NCBI GenBank assembly: GCA_964523515.1
Contig: CAZFZP010000002.1
Span: forward strand, 333-48,683
Length of the DNA stretch: 48,351 nt
Direction: 5' to 3'
DNA from: an uncultured Gammaproteobacteria bacterium
Lineage (GTDB): Bacteria; Patescibacteriota; Microgenomatia; Daviesbacterales; UBA10151
In this document: one piece after another, positions 1-8,904 of the stretch
How the letters are laid out: every line of letters starts with the position of its first letter
Position numbering within the stretch: position 1 is the stretch's first letter
Notes under the pieces: model-generated
The model's input: only the letters and a program-made list of their open reading frames with translations
Database searches by the model: none
What the model was told of the DNA's origin: nothing
Made by a program: the position numbers and the translations under genes

Positions 1-2
1 GC

Positions 3-302
3 CCCAAATTGGGAAAAATTAAATTTGCTTTTCTTTCAGCCCGTTTCCTAAAAGGTAAGGTGTCAGAAAATCAGGATGTGGATTTGCTGATTGTAGGGCA
101 AATTGTTTTACCGGAATTACAATCTCTAGTGGCAAACGAGCAAACCAAAAAAGAATTTGAAATTAATTATTCTTTTATGGATGAAGCTGAATTTGAATTT
201 CGGGTTAGACGTAGGGATCCTTTTATACTTAGGGTACTAATGCAGCCTAAGATTATGTTAATAGGGGATGAGGAGCAGCTACTGGAAGGAGTAATAATGT
301 GA
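3..302 (+). CDS. 3' part of a gene entering from the left edge; nucleotidyltransferase-domain-like protein (partial)
   Basis: The frame is open back to position 3. '..DVDLLIVG..' resembles the minimal nucleotidyltransferase motif. The TGA stop (300-302) overlaps the secD GTG start. Confidence 0.4.
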   Translation, partial: PKLGKIKFAFLSARFLKGKVSENQDVDLLIVGQIVLPELQSLVANEQTKKEFEINYSFMDEAEFEFRVRRRDPFILRVLMQPKIMLIGDEEQLLEGVIM

Positions 303-1513
303 GGTTTGGAATTGTCCTGGGATTTATTTTCCTGCTAACCTTATTAGGATTGCTAGCCATTATTTTTTTTCCTTTAAAATTAGGACTTGATTTACAGGGT
401 GGTGTACAACTGGTTTTACAAAGCCAGATGGATAAAATTGATTCTGCCAATAAAGATACTGCATTAGCATCTGCCAGAGAAGTAATAGAAAAAAGAGTTA
501 ATTTATTTGGAGTATCTGAGGCAATAGTGCAAACCTCAAAAGTCGGAGAAGAGAGAAGAATTTTAGTAGAACTACCTGGGTTAAAAGATGCTTCCAGCGC
601 GGCTGATTTAGTAGGTAAAACTGCCCAATTAGAATTTAGGGAGCAATTAGCTACTTCCTCTGCCCAATATCAATCAACCGGACTGACCGGAGCAGATTTA
701 AAAAGCGCCCAAGTAACTTTCGGCCAGTCTCAAAGTGGGGCCACTGGTCCACAAGTAGTTATTGAATTCACCCTGGAAGGTGCTAAAAAATTTGCTGATA
801 TTACTAAAAAAAATGTTGGAAAACCGTTAGCAATTTTTTTAGATGATCAGCTTGTATCTGCTCCCACTGTAAATGAGGAAATTATAGGAGGTAATGCAGT
901 TATAAGTGGCCAGTTTACTACTGAGGAAGCTAAAAATTTAAATATCCAACTTAATGCCGGCGCTTTGCCGGTGCCAATTAAAATTTTGGAACAACGGATC
1001 ATAGGTCCAACTTTGGGCCAGGAATCAGTCCAAAAAAGCTTTACCGCCGGTGCAATAGGATTGGCGATTGTTACATTATATATGGCCTTGTATTATGGTA
1101 TCTGGGGAGTGGTAGCAGATACTGCTTTAGTGATTTATGCTATCTTAATATTGGCTATTTTTAAAACAGGACTTTTTATATTACCACCAATTACTTTAAC
1201 ATTAGCTGGGATTGCCGGTTTTATTTTATCCATAGGAATGGCTGTAGATGCGAATATTTTAATATTTGAAAGAATGAAAGAGGAGATAAGGTGGGGTAAA
1301 AGTAAAACCATAGCTTTGGAGCTGGGATTTAATAGGGCTTGGAATGCGATTTTAGCATCAAATGTTTCATCTCTTATGACAGCAATAATTTTATATGCTT
1401 TTGGAACAGGAGTAGTTAGAGGATTTGCGATAACTTTAGCAATTGGAGTTTTGGTATCAATGTTTACAGCTATTTTTGTAACAAGAAATTTAATGAAATT
1501 AATAATTAGGTAG
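299..1513 (+). CDS. secD: protein translocase subunit SecD (short form)
   Basis: LGLDLQGG motif, periplasmic domain, then C-terminal multi-TM RND-like block (AGIAGFILSIGMAVDANILIFER). GTG start. Confidence 0.9.
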   Translation: MRFGIVLGFIFLLTLLGLLAIIFFPLKLGLDLQGGVQLVLQSQMDKIDSANKDTALASAREVIEKRVNLFGVSEAIVQTSKVGEERRILVELPGLKDASSAADLVGKTAQLEFREQLATSSAQYQSTGLTGADLKSAQVTFGQSQSGATGPQVVIEFTLEGAKKFADITKKNVGKPLAIFLDDQLVSAPTVNEEIIGGNAVISGQFTTEEAKNLNIQLNAGALPVPIKILEQRIIGPTLGQESVQKSFTAGAIGLAIVTLYMALYYGIWGVVADTALVIYAILILAIFKTGLFILPPITLTLAGIAGFILSIGMAVDANILIFERMKEEIRWGKSKTIALELGFNRAWNAILASNVSSLMTAIILYAFGTGVVRGFAITLAIGVLVSMFTAIFVTRNLMKLIIR

Positions 1514-1519
1514 CAAAAT

Positions 1520-2389
1520 ATGTTATTTCAAGCAAAAAGACCAGCGTTTCATCATCTAAAACAAAAATGGACTGCTAAACATCGGAGTTTGCAGGATAAA
1601 GTTTGGGATAAACATGGAACATCTTTGCGGCAACTGGCAGTAGGTTCTTTGGGAGGATTGATGCTGTTGGCTTCTCCTACCTCTGCAGCTATAACAAATC
1701 AACATAGTACAGGTGATCAAATAACTCAGGATACGGATAATAATATGTTATTAGCAGATGAAATTTCTAAAAAATTACCTCAAGAGATGAGGTCTTTAAA
1801 CAGTCAAGAAGAGACAGAAATTGGCCAGATTTTATCCCGTAATTTTGGTTTTAAAGTATCAGCTGAGTTGCAAAATATTAGATTAAACCGAAGTTATGGG
1901 GTTATTGGAGGGGAACAACACTTATACAGATATCCCGGAGACAGCTTACAAAAACATGCTGATACATCAGTTGATTGGGCAATGTTTGGTTCATCTGGAA
2001 TTGCGCCGGGATTAGGCGCTTGGGGTTATTTTGTGCCTTCTGAGGCAGAATTTAGCGAAAAAGATAAAATGCGGGAAAAGTATTATTTAGCTACCCAAAC
2101 ATTTTTAGCTCCTGGATTTGCTGAGAATGTAGGAAAATATAGAGACTTTTTTAAATTTAGAAAGATGCTGGTGGTAAATCCTAAGACTGGTCAATCTGTG
2201 GTGGCGGTAATTGGGGATGCGGGGCCAGCAGAATGGACCGGTAAACATTTAGGCGGATCACCTGAAGTAATGCATTTTCTAGGGCTAGCCGGGGGTCCCC
2301 GTAAAGGGCCAGTGCTCTATTTTTTTGTAGATGATCCAATAGATCAGATTCCTTTGGGACCAATTAAATTAGACAAATTTAGATCATGA
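1520..2389 (+). CDS. membrane-anchored protein with RlpA-like double-psi beta-barrel C-terminal domain (putative cell-wall lytic or binding protein)
   Basis: N-terminal hydrophobic anchor (LAVGSLGGLMLLASP). The C-terminal 'VVNPKTGQSVVAVIGDAGPAEWTGKHLGGSPEVMHFLG' resembles the DPBB/RlpA signature from memory. Confidence 0.45.
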   Translation: MLFQAKRPAFHHLKQKWTAKHRSLQDKVWDKHGTSLRQLAVGSLGGLMLLASPTSAAITNQHSTGDQITQDTDNNMLLADEISKKLPQEMRSLNSQEETEIGQILSRNFGFKVSAELQNIRLNRSYGVIGGEQHLYRYPGDSLQKHADTSVDWAMFGSSGIAPGLGAWGYFVPSEAEFSEKDKMREKYYLATQTFLAPGFAENVGKYRDFFKFRKMLVVNPKTGQSVVAVIGDAGPAEWTGKHLGGSPEVMHFLGLAGGPRKGPVLYFFVDDPIDQIPLGPIKLDKFRS

Positions 2390-2431
2390 AATTATGAAAT
2401 TTTTCTTAGATAACAAAGTTATCGCAAAAAA

Positions 2432-2761
2432 ATGAAATTTTTTTACCATAAAATTATTGTCATAGATAAAATTTTAGAAGAGTTGCATACTTTAGATCTT
2501 TCTGATGGAGAAAGGGCGCATCTGGCAGCATTAGTTGATTCTTCACTGCACCACGCTATTTTAGATGAGATTTTATCTAATTTAAAAGATGAAGATAAAA
2601 GAATATTTATAAAAGCCATCACTCAAAACTCAGAAGATGATAAATTACTGGAATTTTTACAAAGCAAAATAGAAAATATAGAGGAAAAAATTAAAAGAAC
2701 TGCTGATGATTTAATTGTAGAAATGCATAAAGATATTAAGGAGGCCCGTTTAAAAAAATGA
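2432..2761 (+). CDS. hypothetical small helical, charged protein
   Basis: 109-aa ORF. Its stop overlaps the secF ATG (ATGA), and an AAGGAGG for secF lies inside its 3' end. No TM segment, so not YajC-like. Confidence 0.5.
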   Translation: MKFFYHKIIVIDKILEELHTLDLSDGERAHLAALVDSSLHHAILDEILSNLKDEDKRIFIKAITQNSEDDKLLEFLQSKIENIEEKIKRTADDLIVEMHKDIKEARLKK

Positions 2762-3675
2762 CTAATTTAATGCATTTTAAAATTTGGTATTTTATTTTTT
2801 CTTTAGTGTTAATTCTGCCGGGGTTATATTATTTATTCTCTTCAGGTTTAAAATTAGGGATTGATTTTACAGGTGGAGCGCTACTTGAATATAAGCTAAG
2901 CTTGCCTCCGCAGAGCGGAGGTAGATTACAGGGTACAGTAGACAGTGGACAATTAAAGAAATCAATTTCTGATCAAGGGATAGAAGTAGGACAAATTATT
3001 TCTACCAGCGATAATACTTACATTATCCGCACTAAGCCACTCGACCAAGAGCATATCAATAAGATTAAAAGCGTTTTAATAGAAAAATATGGGCAAGCTG
3101 AAGAAAGAAGAGTGGAAAATGTAGGACCTGTAATAGGAGAAGAATTAAAAAGAAAATCAATTACGGCTTTGATTGTCGCAAGTATATTTATTGTTTTATA
3201 TATTGCCTTTTCCTTTAGACAAGTTTCTAAACCAGCTTCTTCTTGGAGATTTGGAATAACAGCGATTGTGGCTTTGTTTCATGATATATTGTTAATTATT
3301 GGAGTGTTTGCAATACTGGGAAAATTTTTAGGAGTAGAAGTCGATACTCTTTTTGTAACAGCGCTTTTAACTATTATTGGTTTTTCAGTCCATGATACTA
3401 TTGTAGTTTTTGACAGGATTAGAGAAAATTTGCAAAAAAATATAGGTAAAAAATTTACAGAGGTAGCTAATATTTCAGTAGTACAAACTCTTGGCAGATC
3501 ATTAAATACTTCTTTAACAGTTATTTTTGTATTAATAGCTCTATTACTTTTTGGAGGGGAGACTATTAAATGGTTTGTAGTGGCACTACTTATTGGAATA
3601 ATCTCCGGAACTTATTCTTCAATCTTTAATGCTACCGCATTGCTTGTCTGGTGGGAAGAAAAATTAGGCCACTAA
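2758..3675 (+). CDS. secF: protein translocase subunit SecF
   Basis: GIDFTGGA motif and a 6-TM C-terminal block (FSVHDTIVVFDRIRE). Confidence 0.9.
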   Translation: MTNLMHFKIWYFIFSLVLILPGLYYLFSSGLKLGIDFTGGALLEYKLSLPPQSGGRLQGTVDSGQLKKSISDQGIEVGQIISTSDNTYIIRTKPLDQEHINKIKSVLIEKYGQAEERRVENVGPVIGEELKRKSITALIVASIFIVLYIAFSFRQVSKPASSWRFGITAIVALFHDILLIIGVFAILGKFLGVEVDTLFVTALLTIIGFSVHDTIVVFDRIRENLQKNIGKKFTEVANISVVQTLGRSLNTSLTVIFVLIALLLFGGETIKWFVVALLIGIISGTYSSIFNATALLVWWEEKLGH

Positions 3676-5001
3676 ATTCTTTATTCTATTAAGCAAATAC
3701 TCACGGTTGTTTTTAGATGAATCCTCTAAAACTTCTTCAAAAAGTTTTTGTAAGATTTCCCCGACTTTTGGTCCTGGCTTAATCTTTAATATTTCCATGA
3801 CGACTTTACCATTAATTTTTAAATCAGCAATAGAAAACGGTTTTTTTAGAACCTGGTTTATCCGCTCCCTGAATTTTTCCATCCGCCATGATATAGCTTT
3901 AACTGTTCCTCCGCCTAACCGGTCTCCTACTCTTACTGCCATCATGTCATCAATATTCTCCAACCCGACATTTTTAATAAAACGCCTGATAGCAGAATCT
4001 GTTTGTTTGTCATCTAGAGTAAACATATGCCATCTAACTAGTCTGTGTAATTTATCAGTTTGTTTGTTGGACAGATTAAATCTTTTGGCAATATTTAAAA
4101 CAATCCTTCCTCCTACTAAATCATGGTTATAAAAAGTTACATTCCCATCTGGTTGGATCTGTACAGTATCTGTTTTTCCAACATCATGTAATAAAGCTGC
4201 CAGTTTTACTAAAGGATCTTTTGATGGTGTATGTTTTAAACTAAGTAGTGAATGTTCCCCAATATCATAAATCCGGTCATGTTTTGATCCTTCTTGCTTT
4301 AGTCCGAAAGTTTTTTCTAACTCAGGTAAGATTATTTGCAAAATTCCAGATTCTCTAAGTAGAGAAATTCCTTGGTCAGGATAATTACTTGATAGCAGTT
4401 TAAATAATTCATTCCTTATTCTTTCATTGGCCACCTCTTTGATTAAGTTGGCATTTTCTTTGATGGCTTTTAAGGTATTAAGGTCGATCTTAAACTCTAG
4501 TTGTGTAGTAATTCTGACAGCCCTAATTAATCTTAAAGCATCTTCTTGAAATCTTTTTTTTGGATCTCCCACTGCCCTAGTAATTTTATTTTTAAGATCT
4601 TCTTGACCCTGATGTGGATCTATTACAGATCCATCAGATGATAAGGCCAAAGCGTTGATAGTAAAATCTCTGCGGGCTAAATCTTCTTCAATTTTATTAG
4701 TCCAAGAAACTTCTATTGGATGACGGTGATCTTGATAATTACCCTCTTTTCTCATAGTAGTAATTTCGTAAATTTGATTACCGATAGCTATTCCTACTGT
4801 GCCAAACTTGTTGTCATAGAAACCTTCTGGAAAAATTTTTAGTAACTCTTCCGGTTTAGCATCAGTGGTGAAGTCCCAATCACCAACTTCTCTGTTCATT
4901 AAAAGGTCACGCACTGCTCCTCCGACAATATAGATTTTATAACCGGATTTTGTAACTTTTTCTAAAATATCTCTTACTGATTTAGAAGTTTTTATATCCA
5001 T
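3664..5001 (-). CDS. cca: CCA-adding enzyme / poly(A) polymerase-family tRNA nucleotidyltransferase with HD domain
   Basis: YIVGGAVRDLL...DWDFTT head domain, RRDFTINA, and a LLHDVGK HD motif. Start moved to ATG 5001 (MDIK...), which sits 6 nt after a TACAAT -10; the track start at 5016 is a GTG inside that promoter. Confidence 0.85.
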   Translation of the reverse strand: MDIKTSKSVRDILEKVTKSGYKIYIVGGAVRDLLMNREVGDWDFTTDAKPEELLKIFPEGFYDNKFGTVGIAIGNQIYEITTMRKEGNYQDHRHPIEVSWTNKIEEDLARRDFTINALALSSDGSVIDPHQGQEDLKNKITRAVGDPKKRFQEDALRLIRAVRITTQLEFKIDLNTLKAIKENANLIKEVANERIRNELFKLLSSNYPDQGISLLRESGILQIILPELEKTFGLKQEGSKHDRIYDIGEHSLLSLKHTPSKDPLVKLAALLHDVGKTDTVQIQPDGNVTFYNHDLVGGRIVLNIAKRFNLSNKQTDKLHRLVRWHMFTLDDKQTDSAIRRFIKNVGLENIDDMMAVRVGDRLGGGTVKAISWRMEKFRERINQVLKKPFSIADLKINGKVVMEILKIKPGPKVGEILQKLFEEVLEDSSKNNREYLLNRIKNLVA

Positions 5002-5007
5002 GGTCAA

Positions 5008-5037
5008 ATTGTACACTTAAGGTACCCGTGATACAAT
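5008..5037. promoter_or_regulatory. fully overlapping, mirror-symmetric divergent promoters for cca (-) and recJ (+)
   Basis: Plus strand: TTGTAC(5009-5014)-17 nt-TACAAT(5032-5037, preceded by TGa), then 7 nt to GTG 5045. Minus strand: TTGTAT(5036-5031)-17 nt-TACAAT(5013-5008), then 6 nt to ATG 5001. Confidence 0.5.
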
Positions 5038-5044
5038 TGACGCC

Positions 5045-6637
5045 GTGATGCAATGGAAACTGCTTCTCAGAAAAAGTGATGATCTGACTGAGCAACTACT
5101 CATAAACCGTAAGATCAAAACACCAAAAGAAAAAGATAAATTTTTTAATCCGGAAATTGAAGATTTTAAAAGTGATTTAAATATTTCGGGCATTAAAGAA
5201 TCTAAAAAAAGAATCTTACAGGCCATTAAAAACAAAGAATTGATTATTGCTTTTGGGGATTATGATGTAGATGGTATTTGTGGGGCAGCAGTTTTATATC
5301 TGGGGCTTACTCAAATAGGCGCAAAAGTCTTGCCTTATATTCCCCACCGGGAAAAAGAAGGTTATGGTTTATCAGAAATTGGACTGCAATATGCCCTGGA
5401 TCAGGGGGCAAAATTAGTCATTACAGTTGATTGTGGAATTGTTAATTTTAAGCAAGCCCAACTTACAAAAAAAATGGGTTTGGATTTAATTATTACTGAT
5501 CACCACCAAAAAGATAGTAAAAAAAGTCCCCATGCTTTCGCTATAGTTCATTCAACGAAAATGTGCGGTAGCGGTGTGGCTTGGTGTTTAGTTAAAAGTT
5601 TAGTAAAAAAAGAAGTAGCAGATGAACTACTTGATCTGGTGGCTATTGCCACTGTCGCAGACATGATGCCAATGCTAGAACTCAACAGAAGTTTAGTTAA
5701 GGCTGGGTTAAAACAGTTAAATAAAACAAAAAGAGTAGGGCTTTTAGCGCTTTTTAATGAAGCAGGTATAAAGAAAGGGGAATTAGGGGCTTATGAAATA
5801 GGTCATATGATTGCCCCTCGTTTAAATGCTATGGGGAGACTAGAACACGCGATTGATTCTTTAAGGTTAATCTGTACTAAAGATCCTTTGAAAGCCAGAA
5901 GATTGACTCAGCTGATAACTGATACCAACAATAGAAGACAAGAGTTAACCAAATCTGCCATAGAAGATGCTCAAATAATTATTGCCAAAGAGCAAAAAAA
6001 TGTTTATGTCCTATCATCTGCAGATTGGTCACCTGGTATTATCGGTTTAGTAGCCGGCAGGGTCTGTGAAATTACTAAAAAACCAACTATTGCCATATCT
6101 TTGGGTGAAGTTCATTCTAAGGGTTCAGCCAGATCCGGTAATGGCGTAAATATTATAGAAGTAATTAGACAGTGTTCGGATATATTAGTAGCTGTTGGAG
6201 GTCATCCAGGGGCAGCTGGTTTTACTATTCCTACTTTAAAAATTGCAGAATTTCAAAAAAGAATAGAAAAAATTATTGGTGAAGAAGATTTTTTGCCGCA
6301 TAATCAATTATTGGATATAGAAGCAGAAGTTAAGATAAAAAATTTGAATCTAAAATTGGTTCAAGATATTGATGAGTTTGAACCTTTTGGAATAGGCAAC
6401 CCCAAACCCATTCTGGCAACTTATAATATGAAACTTTCAGATTTACGCACTGTGGGTCAGGGGAAACATTTAAAGGGCAAAGCAGATGGAATAGATTTTA
6501 TTGGTTTTGGAATGGGTGATTTAAAAGATATTTTAGCAGATGGATCTTTTGCAGACTTGGCATATAATCTAGAAATAGATAGGTTTAATGGTTTTGAAAA
6601 ATTACAACTTAAGATAAAGGATTTACATTTATCATGA
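5045..6637 (+). CDS. recJ: single-stranded-DNA-specific exonuclease RecJ
   Basis: DHH family motifs (GDYDVDGICGAAVL, ITVDCG, ITDHHQ) and a DHHA1 GGHPGAAGF motif. Confidence 0.85.
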   Translation: MMQWKLLLRKSDDLTEQLLINRKIKTPKEKDKFFNPEIEDFKSDLNISGIKESKKRILQAIKNKELIIAFGDYDVDGICGAAVLYLGLTQIGAKVLPYIPHREKEGYGLSEIGLQYALDQGAKLVITVDCGIVNFKQAQLTKKMGLDLIITDHHQKDSKKSPHAFAIVHSTKMCGSGVAWCLVKSLVKKEVADELLDLVAIATVADMMPMLELNRSLVKAGLKQLNKTKRVGLLALFNEAGIKKGELGAYEIGHMIAPRLNAMGRLEHAIDSLRLICTKDPLKARRLTQLITDTNNRRQELTKSAIEDAQIIIAKEQKNVYVLSSADWSPGIIGLVAGRVCEITKKPTIAISLGEVHSKGSARSGNGVNIIEVIRQCSDILVAVGGHPGAAGFTIPTLKIAEFQKRIEKIIGEEDFLPHNQLLDIEAEVKIKNLNLKLVQDIDEFEPFGIGNPKPILATYNMKLSDLRTVGQGKHLKGKADGIDFIGFGMGDLKDILADGSFADLAYNLEIDRFNGFEKLQLKIKDLHLS

Positions 6638-8058
6638 TTTCAGATCCACTAATAGAAAAAGCCCTAGATTTTGCTAAGCTAAGCTTGGCAGGTAAAAAAC
6701 GGTATTCAGGAGAAGAGTTTATAGACCATACTTTAAAAGTAGAAATGATTTTAGAAAAATATGATGTGACTGATCCGGTTACATTAGCAGCTGCGATTTT
6801 ACATCATACTCTGTCTGATAGTGCAGCCACCAGTCAAGATATAGAAAAAGAATTTGGTAATGATATCGGTTCTATAATTGAGACTCTGGAAACTTTAAGA
6901 GTAATTAAAATTGGAGAGACAAATAATACCGAATTTATAGAAAATTTAAGAAAGATGTTTTTGGTATTAGCAAAAGATTTGAGGATAGTTCTAATTAAAC
7001 TGGCAGATATTTTAGATAATTTAAGAACACTGGAATTTACTCCTAAAGAAAAACAACTAGAAGTTGCCAGAGAGACGATAGAGATTTTTGCGCCTTTGGC
7101 AGAAAGATTAGGGATAGGAGAGATGAAAGGAAGTATGCAAGATTTGGCTTTTCCATATGCTTTTCCGGAAGATTATGAAAAAACTAAAAAATTACTGAAA
7201 ATAAATACTGAAAAATTAGATAAAAAATTATTAAAAATAAAAATAGATTTAAAAACTATTTTAGATAAAGAAAAAATTCCCTTTCGGATAGAAAGTAGAA
7301 CCAAACATCTGTATTCCCTTTATACGAAATTAAAAAGGCCGGAAATAAATTTTGATATTTCTAAAATTTATGACTTAGTAGCTTTTAGAGTGATAGTGAA
7401 GACAGAGCAACAATGTTATGAGGTATTAGACATAATCCATAAGCTATGGAAACCATTACCTAACCGGTTCTATGATTTTATTACCCAGCCAAAACCTAAT
7501 GGTTATCAATCTTTGCATACCACAGTACTTGGCCCGGATGGTCAACCTTTTGAAATTCAAATTCGTACAGAGAAGATGCATGAAGATGCAGAATTTGGTG
7601 TAGCTGCGCATTGGCATTATACAGAAAAAAAGGAGGGTAATTTATCTGATGAACAAATTAGTAAAGGTTTTAGTACGGATACTGCTAAACTAGCTTGGGT
7701 GAAAAGTTTAAGTACCTGGCAAGAAGAAATAGTAGATAATGAAGAGTTTTTAAAAACTGTTAAGACTGATTTTTTTGGGGCCAGGATTTTTGTATTTACC
7801 CCAAAAGGGGATGTCAAAGATTTACCTCTTGGTGCAACCCCAATAGATTTTGCTTACACAATTCATACAACACTCGGGGATAAAGCCATGGGAGCAAAAG
7901 TAAATTCTAAAATGGTACCTTTGGATTTTCAATTAAAAAATGGGGATGTAGTGGAAATTCAAGTTTCCAAAGATAAAAATAAAAAACCAAACAGGGATTG
8001 GTTAAATTTTTGTGTTACTTCAATGGCCAAAAGAGAGATCAAAAAGGCATACAAATAA
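6634..8058 (+). CDS. rel: RelA/SpoT-homolog (p)ppGpp synthetase with degenerate HD hydrolase motif and TGS domain, no ACT/RRM tail
   Basis: Synthetase core (RTKHLYSLYTKL, YDLVAFRVIV, NGYQSLHT, EIQIRT..MH..AE.GVAAHW) and a TGS domain (IFVFTPKGDVKDLPLGATPIDFAY). The hydrolase 'LHD..ED' reads LHHTLSD. Confidence 0.85.
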   Translation: MISDPLIEKALDFAKLSLAGKKRYSGEEFIDHTLKVEMILEKYDVTDPVTLAAAILHHTLSDSAATSQDIEKEFGNDIGSIIETLETLRVIKIGETNNTEFIENLRKMFLVLAKDLRIVLIKLADILDNLRTLEFTPKEKQLEVARETIEIFAPLAERLGIGEMKGSMQDLAFPYAFPEDYEKTKKLLKINTEKLDKKLLKIKIDLKTILDKEKIPFRIESRTKHLYSLYTKLKRPEINFDISKIYDLVAFRVIVKTEQQCYEVLDIIHKLWKPLPNRFYDFITQPKPNGYQSLHTTVLGPDGQPFEIQIRTEKMHEDAEFGVAAHWHYTEKKEGNLSDEQISKGFSTDTAKLAWVKSLSTWQEEIVDNEEFLKTVKTDFFGARIFVFTPKGDVKDLPLGATPIDFAYTIHTTLGDKAMGAKVNSKMVPLDFQLKNGDVVEIQVSKDKNKKPNRDWLNFCVTSMAKREIKKAYK

Positions 8059-8502
8059 TTATTTTTTTACAGGGTCTAGGTATTTTAAAGCTGCAAAAAC
8101 AGTGTTCCCTTTTTCATCCTGAAAAGTAACCCAATATCTTCCGATTTGCCCAGGTATATCTGGTGATTCTCCAGTCCAAGTAGCAGCATTTCTAATTTCT
8201 GTACCTGCTGGTAATCTTTCAATTGCAGTTGGCGGTTCACCGGGTACATCAGTTTTTGGCTGAGGTCTAACTGCCAACCCTCCCACCTGCTTGAGATCTG
8301 GATGATCAATAACTTTAAAATCTTCCTTAGGAATATTTGGATCTTTTAAGGCTGCTGCAGCTTTAACCTGCTCTGTATTTGGAGCTGTTAACATTTCATT
8401 TGCCCCAACGCCGATACCACCAATAATTCCTAATGTAGCCAAAGTCCGGTATACTTTATTTTTCCAAGAAGGTTGTGGATTTTCAGATCCTATATCAGAC
8501 AT
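8059..8502 (-). CDS. hypothetical membrane-anchored or secreted protein
   Basis: 147-aa ORF with an N-terminal TM segment (LATLGIIGGIGVGA). Its stop abuts the rel stop. Confidence 0.5.
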   Translation of the reverse strand: MSDIGSENPQPSWKNKVYRTLATLGIIGGIGVGANEMLTAPNTEQVKAAAALKDPNIPKEDFKVIDHPDLKQVGGLAVRPQPKTDVPGEPPTAIERLPAGTEIRNAATWTGESPDIPGQIGRYWVTFQDEKGNTVFAALKYLDPVKK

Positions 8503-8550
8503 AATTTAAGTGTAGTTAGATTCTATGATAATTTCAACCAGCAGATTATT

Positions 8551-8724
8551 TCAAATATTGATATCAATACCTCTTTGCCCACCGATTACCATTACTTGTT
8601 CAGACCCAACTCTTTTGATCTCTATAGTTTCTGGTTTAATATAGGTTGGTATACGATTTGGATCCGGTTCTGTAATAGATATTCTATAATTTGAAAAATA
8701 ATCGCTTCCAAATTCTCTATTCAT
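8551..8724 (-). CDS. unlisted 57-aa ORF with canonical Shine-Dalgarno (MNREFGSDYFSNYRISITEPDPNRIPTYIKPETIEIKRVGSEQVMVIGGQRGIDINI)
   Basis: AAGGAGGTG (8736-8728, minus strand) lies 3 nt before ATG 8724 and the stop is TGA 8553-8551. It is below the 60-aa track cut-off and competes with the track ORF 8473..8694 (+), which has no such signals. Confidence 0.45.
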   Translation of the reverse strand: MNREFGSDYFSNYRISITEPDPNRIPTYIKPETIEIKRVGSEQVMVIGGQRGIDINI

Positions 8725-8744
8725 ATTCACCTCCTTTCAAGCAT

Positions 8745-8768
8745 AAAAAAACCTCCCTTTTAGGGAGG
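8745..8768 (-). terminator. rho-independent terminator (minus-strand sense)
   Basis: Minus strand reads CCUCCC-UAAAA-GGGAGG followed by U7 (plus strand: A7 at 8745-8751, CCTCCC 8752-57, GGGAGG 8763-68). Confidence 0.6.
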
Positions 8769-8798
8769 CTATCTTCTTTTTAGGTTGTTACTTTTTAC

Positions 8799-8897
8799 CT
8801 AAAAAAGACCTCCCAGATAAGCACTCAGCAAGAGTGCCAAAGAGAGGCTTAATAAAGTTTCTAATTGTTTTAAATTTAAAGGAACTACTTTATACAT
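8799..8897 (-). CDS. candidate 32-codon Leu-rich small ORF or leader peptide (MYKVVPLNLKQLETLLSLSLALLLSAYLGGLF); could instead be a non-coding sRNA
   Basis: ATG 8897 lies 7 nt after a TAAACT -10 with TTGACA 17 nt upstream. The TAG stop (8801-8799) sits in a 9-bp A/T hairpin (8777-8805), followed by the terminator at 8745-8768. Confidence 0.3.
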   Translation of the reverse strand: MYKVVPLNLKQLETLLSLSLALLLSAYLGGLF

Positions 8898-8904
8898 GGT
8901 TATC

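Noticed and set aside
3707-4132. Long ORFs antisense to well-supported genes. Examples: 3707..4132, 11501..11923, 15519..15815, 15840..16043, 17165..17611, 21348..21662, 31927..32226, 36540..36740, 38037..38258, 40246..40548, 46328..46591.
   Set aside because: Each lies entirely inside a conserved gene on the other strand. Their translations are low-complexity (S/P/I/L-rich), and they lack promoter or SD signals. These are typical shadow ORFs.
8473-8694. Listed 73-aa plus-strand ORF in the rel/aspS spacer.
   Set aside because: It has a non-ATG start, no signals and an odd composition. The opposite strand has a 57-codon ORF with a perfect SD, co-directional with the next gene.
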